Shown here: positions 18,691 through 31,690 of the stretch, in pieces
How positions within the stretch are numbered: the first letter of the stretch is position 1
Layout of the letters: every line of letters begins with the position of its first letter
NCBI GenBank assembly: GCA_012295275.1
Contig: CM022666.1
Span: 5,518,001 to 5,582,000 of the forward strand
Length of the DNA: 64,000 nucleotides
Reading direction: 5' to 3'
From: Chrysomallon squamiferum
Lineage: Eukaryota; Animalia; Mollusca
The notes under the pieces: model-generated
The model's input: only the letters and a program-made list of their open reading frames with translations
Databases searched by the model: none
What the model was told of the DNA's origin: nothing
Position numbers and translations under genes: made by a program

Positions 18691-19637
18691 AGCACAAATT
18701 GGTTTTGACATATTGGAAAAGTAAATTACAAAAGTGTTAAGTTTAAATGGAAGCAGAAGAGAAGAGAGAATCTGAACACCACATGCACGTGTGACGTCTG
18801 CGTGTCAACTGATCAACACAGCTGAGAGAAGCTTTAGCGCGTGACTGAATGAAAAACGGACTTAAACACATGCATTGTACCCGTTTGTACCATTTATTTC
18901 GAGAAATTAGCTATTAAATTTTTATTTATATAATTTGTTAAAAAGAAAAAATCGTTAAAGGAGGATATTTTTTTATTATATATTTATAATTTATCGATGA
19001 TTTGAGCGTAAAAGGTGAATAAGTTTATCGATGAATTGAGCGAACATCTGCTATAAACTTTATTTATTTATTTAATTATTTGTTTATTTTTATGAGTTAA
19101 TTTTACTGTATTATTTTTCTGTTAATTAATTAATTTATTTCATTTTATTTTTATCACTTTTTATTTATTTTAGGTATTTTACTTTATTTATTTATTTATT
19201 TATTTATTCATTTATTTAACTAAACAATTAATATTTCATAATTGTTTGTGTTTTAAACTGAATTTAATGTTTTCTTTATTTTTCGTTTTATAAAATAAAA
19301 GGTATTGCCTTGCAAATGAACCCACCTAGCTAGTCATAAAAAAGAAATTTAAAAAATCGTGTTCATTTTCATTTTCAACAACAGTAGTAACAACAACAAC
19401 AAATTTATTTAATAATAATAATGTATTCAAACTTTGTGAATCCTTCCATTAGTAATTCGGCTGACGTAACATCTATTTATAGCCCAGTTGAGGAATAAAA
19501 TGAGTATTTATTACACATCTGAAATATTCTTGGGAGGAAAAAACAAAGCTTAACATAGTGATAATATGTTGATATTCAAAAACACTGGCAAGTAGTCAAA
19601 GAATCCTATTAGAGTATCAAAAATATTTCAAATAATA

Positions 19638-19803
19638 TGTGTGTGTGTGTGTGTGTATGTTTGTGTGTGTGTGTGTGTGTGTATGTTTGTGTGTGTGCGT
19701 GTTTGTGTGTGTATGTTTGTGTGTGTGCGTGTTTGTGTGTGTGTGTGTATGTTTGTGTGTGTGTGTTTGTGTGTGTGTGTGTGCCTGTGTGTGTGTGTGT
19801 GTG
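19638..19803. repeat. (GT)n-rich microsatellite
   Basis: Direct inspection. Other long (AG)n runs are at 16594-16693, 53012-53150 and 58808-58946, and (AGT)n tracts lie in the last TNF introns. Confidence 0.95.
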
Positions 19804-19931
19804 AATTTAACAAATTTAATTGAAAAAAATGTAGAATCTCTATTTATATGGACCAAAATAACTAACAACAACAACAACTACTACTACTACTACCACAACT
19901 ACAACAACAACAACAACAATAAATAAACGAA

Positions 19932-19982
<51 letters not shown>

Positions 19983-20174
19983 TAATAACATTAATTAATT
20001 AATTACTTAATTAATTATAAAAACAGTAGTATTATAATGGTTTCAAGCGTAAGGTGGTGAATCTAAGCTGCTCAACTTCAACAGAATAGAGTTGAGATAA
20101 TAATAAACATTTTTATTTAATTTAACAATTTTTTATATTTGTAAATTGTATGTAATGTATGTGTTTGTGTATAT

Positions 20175-20249
20175 ACAGTATCACAGATTTTCAGGGAGTC
20201 AACAGCTCCAATGTAGGAAGCAACCAAATGTTCTTTCTATCTTCGTACT
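20175..20249 (-). pseudogene. Inverted TNF THD fragment
   Basis: The reverse complement reads VRR*KEHLVASYIGAVDSLKICDT. Confidence 0.85.
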
Positions 20250-20872
20250 AAAGAATAATAAGCTAAAATTATCTGTGAGTATTCAAAGCCTGACAAACAT
20301 GAAAGAAATCCCTTCACTGGTAATATCTATTAAACAAAAGTATGAACACATGCACAATTTAATAAGAAAGCATATATATGTATACACACTGTATTCAATA
20401 TAGCAATAAAGAATAATATAGATCGATAGAATGATTCTAATCGGTCGCAACAATCAGGTAAGAAGAGCAAACATCTACATAACTGGATACACAGTGCGTT
20501 CCGCTCGAATAGTTCCCCACCAAATTTAAAAAAAAAAAAAAAGAAATATATATATATGTATATATATCTCGGTTCTTTTATGAAAAAGGGACTGACGTTA
20601 TTTCTCAACGTGTTCCCGACTTTGCAGTTTGACGTGTGTCGCCAGATCTTTGTTTGAAACCAGAGTCCGTAACACCTACCACTCTGAGGTGGTAATTAAT
20701 CCCGAAAAGAAGTCACAGGAAAAAAAGTCACAATGTTTTATTTAGAAATATATTAGCAATGAAAGATAGATTAAACACATTTTGTCAGAGTATTTTGTTA
20801 ATGTTCTTTGATTTTAATGTTGATGGTTTAGGCTGATGTTCCTCCCGATATCACAAAAAATTCTGCGGCAGC

Positions 20873-20932
20873 ATACACGAACCCTTCATAACATATTCTG
20901 ATACCACCCTTATTGGTATGAGTAACTTCCAT
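20873..20932 (-). mobile_element. FLYWCH-like N-terminal fragment, probably from a MULE-type transposon (also 25105-25163, 55169-55228, 57614-57673)
   Basis: MEVTHTNKGGIRICYEGFVY resembles the start of FLYWCH zinc fingers (..s.kGg..l...Gf.Y). Short repeated motifs (ccctgcaca..tatgaa..ctctttctttaatc..cctaatt) lie upstream at 21070-21170 and 25300-25450. Confidence 0.55.
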
Positions 20933-23205
20933 ATCAAACATACTTCTGATACTAGAGCAAGCTGGAGAATATATAGTAAAACACATTTTAACATGGAACA
21001 TTTTATAAATCATTTACAATAGGAAGCTCTAAGTTTAAATGTATCCTAATCAGTAAGCTGGACCCAAGCATCACCCCTGCACAATATGAAGACTCTTTCT
21101 TTAATCCTGCCTAATTAATAAGTGTAACAAGTCACCACCCCTGCACAGTATGAAACCTCTTTCTTTAACTATGATGCCACATTGCCACATTCAATAAATT
21201 CTATAAATTCATACATTTTGTTATACAAAAATTGTTACTTTTTTCCAGCCACTGAATCAACAGTCATGATACAAGTAACGTTTACAAGTGGAAGATTCTT
21301 CTGTCACAGGCAGATATTTCTGAGACATTTCAGATTCCTGGCCCTGTAGTAATAAATGGATGACTTCAGTTATTTATCCCGATTATGTATAAATGTCCAC
21401 CATGTGACACACAGAATATATCCTTTCCCTTTTCTTTTCTTTTTTTTAATTATTTATTTATTTATTTATGGTTTGTTTGGTTGCTTATTTTTATTTTTAT
21501 TTTACTCTATCCATATTTATTTTATTTTATCTTCGTGTAATTTTATTTGATTTATTTTATTGTGTTAATTAATTAATTTATATTAATATATCTTTCTGTA
21601 TTTATTTATTTTACTTTACTTTTATCATTTTGTATTTTTATTTTATTTTATTTTTATCACATTTTTTAAAAATTTTAATTCAGCATATTTTATAATTTTA
21701 TTTATTTTTTACCCAAATTTTCTATTTTATTTATTTAAATTTTAATTCAGCATATTTTATTTTATTTATTTAATTTATTTTTTTTTTTCAATTTTTTATT
21801 CTTATTTATTTTATTTCAAAAATTTTTTCATTTCTTTATTTTTATTTATTTTTGAATTTTTTGTTTTCATTTTGATTTTTATAAACGGAAGAGAGCTCAT
21901 TTGTTTTTTCTTTATTTCTTTCTTTATTTTTTATTCCTGGCAGACTGAATCAACAGTCATGATACACTTATTTATTTATAAACGGAAGATGACTTCATGT
22001 CACTGGAAGATATTTCCACAGACATATTTTATATTCCTGGCTCTGTAATAATAAACGGATGACTACAAAGTTATTTATTCTTTATTTGTAAGATGACAAA
22101 AAGCGGGCTGGAACTTTCCACTATGTGATACACAGACTACATGTTCTACTTTTGTTGTTTATGGCTATTGACACAGGAATAAAACTTAATATGTACTCTT
22201 TATGAACAATAACGACAAAAGCAACCGCAACAATACTACTATTACTACCACAACTTATTCAACTCAACAACAACTATTTTATTCTACTACTATAAATGAA
22301 TAACAAAATCTATAATATGTGAAGAATTTAATAACAATACAAACACACAAAAAATACATATAATGACTTTGCTCATTTTATTCATAGTATATTAAATGAC
22401 TCGATACGAAATCTATAGCGAAGAATTTTTTATACAGAAGAAAAAAAATCAATAAATTTAAATAAAGCGTAGACGACATTCACTTAGCCAAACAAAATGA
22501 TCAGTGAGCTGGTAGAGGTATATCATACGATTTTTTTTTTATAGGATGCTGGTGTAAAATCAACGGAGCCTGTCATAGAACGTATTTCATCCATTATAAC
22601 ACAGACGCAGCTAATTTAGGAAATTATAATTTTTACTTATTTCATAGGTTATCTATATTAAAATAAAATTATAATTTAACTTATTTCATAGGTTATATAT
22701 ACTAATCTAAAATTATAACATTAGCTACTATTTCTGATAAGTTATTTATACTAATATAAAATTAATTTCAGATTAACATATCTTGTTAAATATATTTATC
22801 TAAAATTATAACATTAGCTACTTTTATCTGATTTTCTTCTTTTTTTTGGACATCACATAGGAACATTATGGATGTAAATATATCTTGGTAAATATTATTT
22901 ACTTTAAAACAAATTTCTTTGAAAGAATTTTATATAGAAGTGTGTGTCGATGTATGTATTGTGTGTAAATTTATCTTGGTAGTATTTATTATTTTATTTA
23001 TTTATTTAACCATTCTTTAAAAGTTTTATATCTGTGTGCATGTACATGTGCATATTACGTTTTTGCTGAAATAATGTTATATATAAGTGTATGTATATTG
23101 TGTACGTGCCGGTATGGGTGTATTTTATAGTTATTATTTATTACTGATTTTTTCTTTTCTTTTGTTGATGTTTTACAGACTACTTCTCAAAAGTTGTTAC
23201 ATAAA

Positions 23206-23737
23206 ATGGTACCAGTTCGTCCAGTCATTGCCATTTCTCTTATGGTACTAAACTTCATACTCATTATTTCCATTGTATCAGTAACATTAAACGAATTTCT
23301 GAACAGAGAAACCAACTTGTTGTTTGACAAGGAACTGTGTGTGAAAATCTCGTGCAAACCAGGAGAAAACTGTTGTGATGACAAATCTACGACCAGAACC
23401 AGGAACAATACCATGTATTGCTGTTACAGAGATGGAGAAAAAGTGATGAGTGAAATTATGAAACTGGTAAATTCTGTATTTAATTCTAAATACTTATATT
23501 CCATAAATACATTAAATGAATAAAAAAAATCTTTTCTGGAGATATGAAATTAAGAAAGAGTGTAATACTCTATAAAAATAATAAAAAGTTAAATTCTTTA
23601 TAAATGAAATAATAATATTTGAATTATGAAAAGGAGAAATTAATAGTGCTAAGAAAATATTTATAAATTTGAATTTAATTATTGTGGACTAGTTTCAAAT
23701 TGGTTATTCTTTTTAGAAACTGAGTGAAAGTCAACAA
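23206..23737 (+). pseudogene. 5'-only TNF ligand copy D
   Basis: The ATG exon 23206-23466 is intact with its donor. The next exon starts at 23717 but breaks after about 20 nt into an unrelated module. No THD exon follows before the gap. Confidence 0.85.
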
Positions 23738-24103
23738 ACAGTAAATCATTTACAAATCACTTTATACAAAAAAAAGATTAAGAAATAATTATACACCACT
23801 CACTGTGGGTTTTGTTTTCATTTAAGATATCGTATTTTGTTTCTAAAGTTATTTTCTTTTGTTTTCGTTTAATCATCAGCATATCTATTCGTTTTGACAT
23901 ATTGGAAAAGTAAATTATAAAAAGTGTTAAGTTTAAATGGAAGCAGAAGAGAAGAGAAATCTGAACACCACATGCACGTGTGACGTCTGCGTGTCAACTG
24001 ATCAACACAGTGTGTATATGTGTGTGTATATATGTGTATGTATGTGTGTGTGTCAAAACAACTAATTAGCAACCACAACAACAATACAAAATAAACGAAT
24101 AGA

Positions 24104-24207
<104 letters not shown>

Positions 24208-24391
24208 TAATAATAATAATTAATTAATTAATAACTGTTATAATAACGGTTATTATAATGGTTTTAAGCGTAAAGTGGTGAATCTAAACTGCTCAACTTC
24301 AACAGAATAGAGTTGAGATAATAATAAACATTTTGTTCAATTGAACAATTTTATATATTTGTAAATTGATGTAATGTATGTTTTTTTACAT

Positions 24392-24465
24392 ACAGTGTCA
24401 CTGACTTTCAGGTAGTCAACACCTCAAATGTAGGAAGCAACAAAATTTTCTTGGTGTCTTCGTAC
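24392..24465 (-). pseudogene. Inverted TNF THD fragment
   Basis: The reverse complement reads VRRHQENFVASYI*GVDYLKVSDT. Confidence 0.85.
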
Positions 24466-26233
24466 CTAAGACTAATATGCTAAAATGATCTGTGAGTATT
24501 CAAAGCCTGACAAACATCAAAACAAAAATCCCTTCACTGGTAATATCTATTAAAAACAAAAGTATGAACACATGCATAATCTAATAAGACAGCATATATA
24601 CAGCACACTTTATTCTACACTGAATACAACAGACACAATTAAAAACTGTATTCAATATAGCAGTAAAAAATCATATAGACGGATAGAATAATTGTAATCG
24701 GTCGCAACAATCACGTAAGGATTATTTCAAAAGAGCAAACATCTATCTATATCTAGTTACACAGTGCGTTCAGTGGACAGCGACCGTTACCCTGGATTTG
24801 TTCAACAGTTCTTACCTCACAAAACCAAACATAAAAATATATCCGATCTCTGATGAAAAGGACTCACGTTATTTCTCAACGTGTTCCCAACCTTTGCAGA
24901 ATGAAGTGTGACCGAGGTGGTAATTAATCCCGAAAAAGACACAGGAAAAATTGTCAAAATTTTTAGTTAAAATATATTAGCAATGAAAGATGGATTAAAA
25001 CACATTTTGTCAAAAGTATTTTGTTAATGTTTATTTTTATTTTTAGTGTTGATGGTTTTTAATGTTGATATTCCATCCGATATCTGAAGAAGTTCTGCCA
25101 CAGCATACGAACACTTCATAACAGATTTTGATACCACCCTTTATTGCTATGAATAACTTCCATATTAAACATACTTCTGATACTAAGAGCAAGCTGGAGA
25201 ATATATAGTCAAACACATTTTAACATGGAACATTTTGTAAATTATTTACAATAGGAAGATCTTAGTTTAAATCTATCCTAATCAGTAAGCTGGACCCAAA
25301 CATCCCCCCTTCAAAAACATGAAGACTCTTTCTTTAATCCTGCCTAATTAATAAGTCGTAACAGAACAATCACCTAATTAATAAATTATTAGAATCCTGC
25401 ACAGTATGGAAACCTCTTTCTTTAATCTAACCTAATTGACCTAATCAGTAAAAAACAACAATTACCCCATGTGAACTATGATGTCACATTCAATACTCTA
25501 TAAATTCATAAATTTTTTTTTTAATATACAAATTGTTACTTTTTCCAGCCACTGAATCGGTTTATTCCCGATTCTGGCAGTGTGATTTCTTTCTATCTTT
25601 CTTTCTTTTCTTTCTTTCTTTCTTTTTCTTTCTTTCTTTCTTTCTTTATTTCTTTCTTTTCTTTTATTCATTTATTTTATTTTATTCAAGCCGACTGAAT
25701 CAACAGTCATGATACAAGTAACGTTTACAAGTGGAAGATTCTTCTGTCACAGGAGATATTTTTGAGACATTTTATATTCCTGGCCCTGTAATAAACGGAT
25801 GATTACAGATATTTATTCTGATTACGTGTAAGATGACAAATCCCGGCTGGAACATATCTATTCGTGATACACAGACTACATGTTTTCTTTTGTTGTTTAT
25901 GGTTTAGTTGACACAGGACTAGGATTACGCTGCACTCTTTATTTAGCAATAACGACAAAAGCAGCCGCAACCAACAACAACAACTACTACTACCACATCT
26001 ACAACAACAAACTACTACTTATTACAACAACAATTATAGCAATAACAACTATAATATGGAAGTTTTATTTATGAACAATACAAACAGACAAAAAAAACAT
26101 ATATAATAACTTTGCTCATTTTATTCATGGTATTAAATGACTATACGGAAATCTATAGAGCGAAAAATTAAAACGACAGAAGAAGAAACATTAAAATAAA
26201 CTTAAATAAATCAGACGACATTTCCTCTTAGCC

Positions 26234-26433
26234 NNNNNNNNNNNNNNNNNNNNNNNNNNNNNNNNNNNNNNNNNNNNNNNNNNNNNNNNNNNNNNNNNNN
26301 NNNNNNNNNNNNNNNNNNNNNNNNNNNNNNNNNNNNNNNNNNNNNNNNNNNNNNNNNNNNNNNNNNNNNNNNNNNNNNNNNNNNNNNNNNNNNNNNNNNN
26401 NNNNNNNNNNNNNNNNNNNNNNNNNNNNNNNNN
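26234..26433. other. Assembly gap (200 N)
   Basis: Run of N. Confidence 1.
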
Positions 26434-27111
26434 TCTGATTAGATCAACAATTAACTGCAAAGTACTAACCTGGCATAATAGTATGTACGTGTGTATCAAA
26501 TGACATTGTAGAGATTCTACAAGTCACGTTTACCTAACAATTCCTTTTACCCAGAGACGTGAATAACTTTACACATTAACATTTTCATTTATAGACTTCC
26601 ATTTTATTGCGTCTTTGACTGAACTGCACGTCAGTGTCTAGTCTAGTCACAGCAAGGATTCATGAACCTTTCGTATCTGTTGTTACAATTACACTGACAT
26701 ACTGGTTGCGTCAATATTATTTTGTCCTATGATCGTTTTGACAACACTTCTGTTTGTATGTTTTTCGATGGGATTGGCAGTGGAGGGCTTCTAGCGCATT
26801 CGCGAATATCCAAAAGTTCGTTGGGAAAAATCTCAGCATGTGATAGTAGTATTATATCAATTAGTAAAATTTATCGAACACGTGAACAGAAGCAACTCTA
26901 TACATTAGAGGCAACAATAACAACAACCACAACATCAGATTTATTTATTTATAACAATGATAATGCATTCGTACTTTCTGGATCTGTCTGTTAGTAATAC
27001 GGTTGACATAACTTTATCAACTTAATAACAGAATATACCTGAGATAATAATAAATATTTGTATTTTATTTAATTTTATAAAATGTATGTAATATATGTCT
27101 TTGTGTCTATG

Positions 27112-27166
27112 CAGTGTCGACACTCCAATGAAGGAAGGAACAAAACTTTCTTGCTGTCTTCGTACT
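27112..27166 (-). pseudogene. Inverted TNF THD fragment (shortened)
   Basis: VRRQQESFVPSFIGV lies within ORF 27022-27237. Confidence 0.8.
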
Positions 27167-28129
27167 AAAGAATAATATGCTAAAATTATCTGTGAGTATT
27201 CAAAGCCTGACAAACATAAAAACAAAAATCCCTTCACTGGTAATATCGATGAACTGAGCGAACATCTGCTATAAACTTTATTTATTTATTTATTTATTTA
27301 ATTATTTAACTTTTTAATTATTTGTTTATTTGTATCTTTATTTTTATTTGTTTATTTTACTGTATTTTTTTATTGTTTTTCATTTTATTATTTTTTCTGT
27401 TAATTAATTTATTTATTTCACTTTACTTTTTATCACTTTTTTTTTTATTTTCCGGTATATTACTTTATTTATTTATTTATTTAAGTAAACAATTAATATT
27501 TCATAATTCTTGGTGTTTTAAACTGAATTTTTATTTTTCGTTATATTTCGTTTTATAAAATAGAAGATGTTGCCTTGCAAATGAACCCACCTAGCTAGAC
27601 ATTAAAAAAATAAAAAAATAAAAAGAAAAAAAGGTATTGGTGTTCATTTTCATTTTCAACAACAGTAACAAAAGAACAACAACAACAAATTTATTTAGTA
27701 ATAATAATGTATTCAAAACTTTGTGAATCCGTCTATTAGTAATTCAGTGACGTAACATCCATTTATAGCCCAGTTGAGGAAAAAAATGAGTATTTATTAC
27801 TTCTCGGAAATCTTCTTGGGAGGAAAAACACAGCTTAACATAGAGATAATATGTTGTTATTCAAAAACACTGGAAACTATTCAAAGAATCCTATTGGAGT
27901 ATCAAAAATATTTTAAATAATATGTGTGTGTATGTGTCTGGGTATGGATCTGTGTGTGTGTGTGTGTGTCTGTATGGATCTGTGTGTGTGTGTGTGTGTG
28001 TGTGTATGTGGGTATGGATCTCTGTGTGTGTGTGTGTGTGTGTATGTGTCTGGGTATGGATCTGTGTGTGTTTGTGTGTGTGTGTTTGTGTGTGTGTGTA
28101 TGTGTTTATGTGTGACAAACTTTGTGCCA

Positions 28130-28802
28130 TTAGATATCAAGGTTTACATCAGGAGGATTATCTGTTCCATTAGACATCGCTGTGCTGTCATATTGGATTT
28201 CAGTGGCGAGTATTTGTACACAGTGGCTTACAGGGCATTCACTGAAAATTGATAAATCAGGCCTCGCATTCTTTTTTTTTTTTTTTTTTTTTGGACATCG
28301 CATAGGAACATTATCAATGTAAATATATCTTGGTATTATTTATTTTACTTTTTTTTCTTTGAAATAATATTACATAGAACTATATGTACGTGTGTATATT
28401 TTGTGTGAATTTGTCTTGGTAATATTTATTATTTTATTTATTGATATAACCATGGACTTAAAGTTTTATATTTGTGTGTATGTACAAGTGTATATTTTTG
28501 GATTGCTGAAATAATGTGTTATATAGGTGTGTTTATATTGTGGCTGTGTATGTGTGCGTGTATGTGTACTTATCTTGTTATTATTTATTACTAATTACAT
28601 TTTCTTTTTTTCTTTTCGTCATGTTTCATAGATTACTTCTAAAGGAAATAAAAGTTGTTACACAAAATAAAATCAGTTCTTGCTGTCATTGCCATTTCTG
28701 TTATGGTACTAAACTTGCTCTCATCAGTTTCATTGTATCTGTAACATTAAACGAATTTCTGAACAGAGAAACCAACTTGTTCTTTGAGAAGGAACTCTGT
28801 GT
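28130..28802 (+). pseudogene. Truncated TNF copy E (UTR exon, intron 1, degenerate half of ATG exon)
   Basis: Homologous to 4270-5005. The ATG is lost (cacaaaataaaatc). It encodes LISFIVSVTLNEFLNRETNLFFEKELCV and then switches to another module. Confidence 0.85.
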
Positions 28803-29123
28803 AATAGTATGTACGTGTGTATAAAACGACTTTGTAGATGTACCACAATTCACGTTTACCTAACTTAATTATTTTTACCCAGTATGTTGAATAAGTAGAA
28901 TTCCACTCACGTGATAGTACTATTATATATAGGGTAGTATCACTTACCGAACACGAGAACAGAAGTCACGCTGTAGTTCAGGGGTACGCGAGGAATTTAG
29001 TCCAGCCTGTCAACTGAACACTTCGACACCAATTATTACATTAACTTTCTTTTTTCTTTAAATCTCCAGAGCAAAACAGCCTTGCTTCCTATCATCCGTT
29101 TTTGATGCTCAGTATAGAAGTTC

Positions 29124-29170
<47 letters not shown>

Positions 29171-31189
29171 TGTTTGTGCTGTATTCAGTGAATAAATATT
29201 TAAATATTAATGGTTTTCTATATAAATTGACTGATGAAACTTAAATATTCGCTGATTAGTTTATAATGAATATTACAAGTTAAGTGGATGATCCAGTTGA
29301 AAAGGATTTTCTGTATACAGTGTGTACTCATGCATTGAAATGATCAGAGTAATAAATGTTTATATATACGTTGTATTTAAAAATTCATGTAAAATCTGAA
29401 TAATAAACAATCTATTTAAAGCATTTTTTTGTTTTATCACAATAAGAATTTTCTTTTTAGAAGCATTTCAGAATCGTAAATATTATGATTATTAATTTTA
29501 TTATGTCTATCATCATCATCATCATTATTAATTTTATCATGACTATCATAATTATCATTAACTTTATTACCACTATCGTCTTCATCATTATTACTACTGC
29601 TATATTATTACTATATAATCATGATTACTAGTATTATTCTTTCTACTACTCCTACTATTTATATTAGTACTGCGGCTGCTACTACTACTAATTTATTAAA
29701 TTCATCATCATCATCAACATCATTATAATTAGTATTATTTGCCTCTGGTCACCTGTTCATAATTTTTATTACTCGGATAGTTACTTTAAATGTAGTACAA
29801 ATGTCTTGATCTGCATTTATCATTTTCTTCTTTTTCTTGTTTTATTACACTTTTCACTTATACACCAGTCAGTCACATGATTTAATTTTTATTTTAAGAA
29901 GGATAATTAGCATACTTTATAGACAGTATGTTAAATATTGCTGTTATATAAAAATGTTCATATCACATACTTAAAAGTACCCGAGCAGTGTTTAGAAACA
30001 GCTGTTTGGAAAGACCCGGAAAAATGAACAGGTAACGTGACGTCACTGTCTGTGAAATGTTTATCTAACGTGTGATCTCATTTCTCTGTCTGCTTCATTC
30101 ACGCTACTACTGTTCAGGGGTCGGCAACGCTTGGTCAGACACCAATTATTACATTAACTTGGCTCTCCTCCAAAACACTGCATATCATTTACATCACATG
30201 TACTTGGCGTAGTCTAGTTTCTGTCATAAAAACAACTCAGGGCAAAATTCGTAAATATATCACTGTGTGAACACTTGGGCACCAATTATTACATTAACTT
30301 GACACTCCTCCAAAACAATGCACTGCTTTCTGATAACATCTCTGCAAAAGCTTCCCGACCCCTCTTATACTGCACAGGGCATTTGAAATCAGATAATACA
30401 GATATTCTGCATTAACTTTTTGTTCATTTATTTCGGATTAGACTGTTGAAGAGTAGTTGATTAAAACATGATAAAATACCTGAGATTAGAAGTTAGTTGT
30501 TACGTTTGTGTTTCCTTGTTTCTGTTCATGCTTAGAGATCACAGGTATTTGGTGTAGTTTCTATCATAAAAACAACTCAGGCAATATTCTTAAATAGATC
30601 ACGGTGTGTGTGTGTGTGTGTGTGTGTGCGCGCTTGCGTGCGCTAATAGTATGTGACTTATTTGTATTGTTTGTTTTTTGTTTATTATTGTTGTTTTTTT
30701 GTTTTTAATAAAAAAATGTTTGCGCTTTTTTTCCCCATCTGAATGACAACAGCAATGTTAATATTAATAATAACAAGAACTACAACAGTAACAACCAGAA
30801 ATAAATGCACGTAGTTTATTTGTGAACATTGTGCAACTTTTAATTATTAATTTTGTTTTCATTTTTGATTCTAAGCATGTTATCCTCTCCATTAGGCTTT
30901 ATTTTCTCACAGCCAATCAACATGTAGTTTGAAGGACAACGCGTCATCGGAAAAAACCCAGTTTATGAGAAACTTAATTTTGTGTTTGTTTTCAATTCAA
31001 TATTGTTATCTTCTAAAGTGCAGCTGTCTCTAACACATAATATAAAAATCATTTCGTAAACGAAAACGAAGTAAAAGGGAATAAATATTTCAAAAAGATA
31101 TGTCATTATTTTCATATAGTCTTATTTTAAATGTCTGAAAAAATATTCTGTTGTTTGTATAGTATCTGTGGCGCGCATTTGTGTATGTG

Positions 31190-31690
31190 TGTTTATGTGT
31201 GTGTGTGTGTGTGTGTGTCTGTGTGTGTGAGTGAAGTAGTTTTATTTATTATTTTACTTTTATTTCTTGAAATAATGTTATTTATGTGTGTCTCTTTATC
31301 TTGGTATTAATAACATTTAATCTTGTTTGACACAGACTGTATCTAAAGGAAAATGAAATACTAAACTCGATACTCGTCTGTTTTATAAATACATTAAATG
31401 CATCAAAAACAAAAGAACAAAGAAGTTTTATGTAGAAATAGGTAAATTCTATACAAAAATATTAAATAGTTAAGTTCATTACAAACAAAATTAAGAAAAA
31501 ATATCCATATGCGTTTAATAATAGTGAAATTATGAAAAGGAGAAATTAATTGTGCTGAAAAATATTTATAAATTTAAACTTGATTATAATAGATGAGTTT
31601 CAAACTGGTTATTAACATTCTTTTTAGAAACTTAGTGAAAGTCATACAAAAGCTGAGAAAAGTGGTAAATTAACGCAGACACAGGCACAA
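31190..31690 (+). pseudogene. Internally deleted TNF remnant (37-nt exon at 31628-31664)
   Basis: Same structure as 18200-18690. Confidence 0.75.

Noticed and set aside
20071-20097. CTCAAC...GTTGAG hairpin as a Helitron 3' end
   Set aside because: The stem is short, there is no properly placed CTRR terminus, and homology between copies continues on both sides.
30116-30129. CAGGGGTCGGCAAC, resembling a hAT terminal inverted repeat
   Set aside because: It is only 14 bp, and no matching opposite end or TSD was found.
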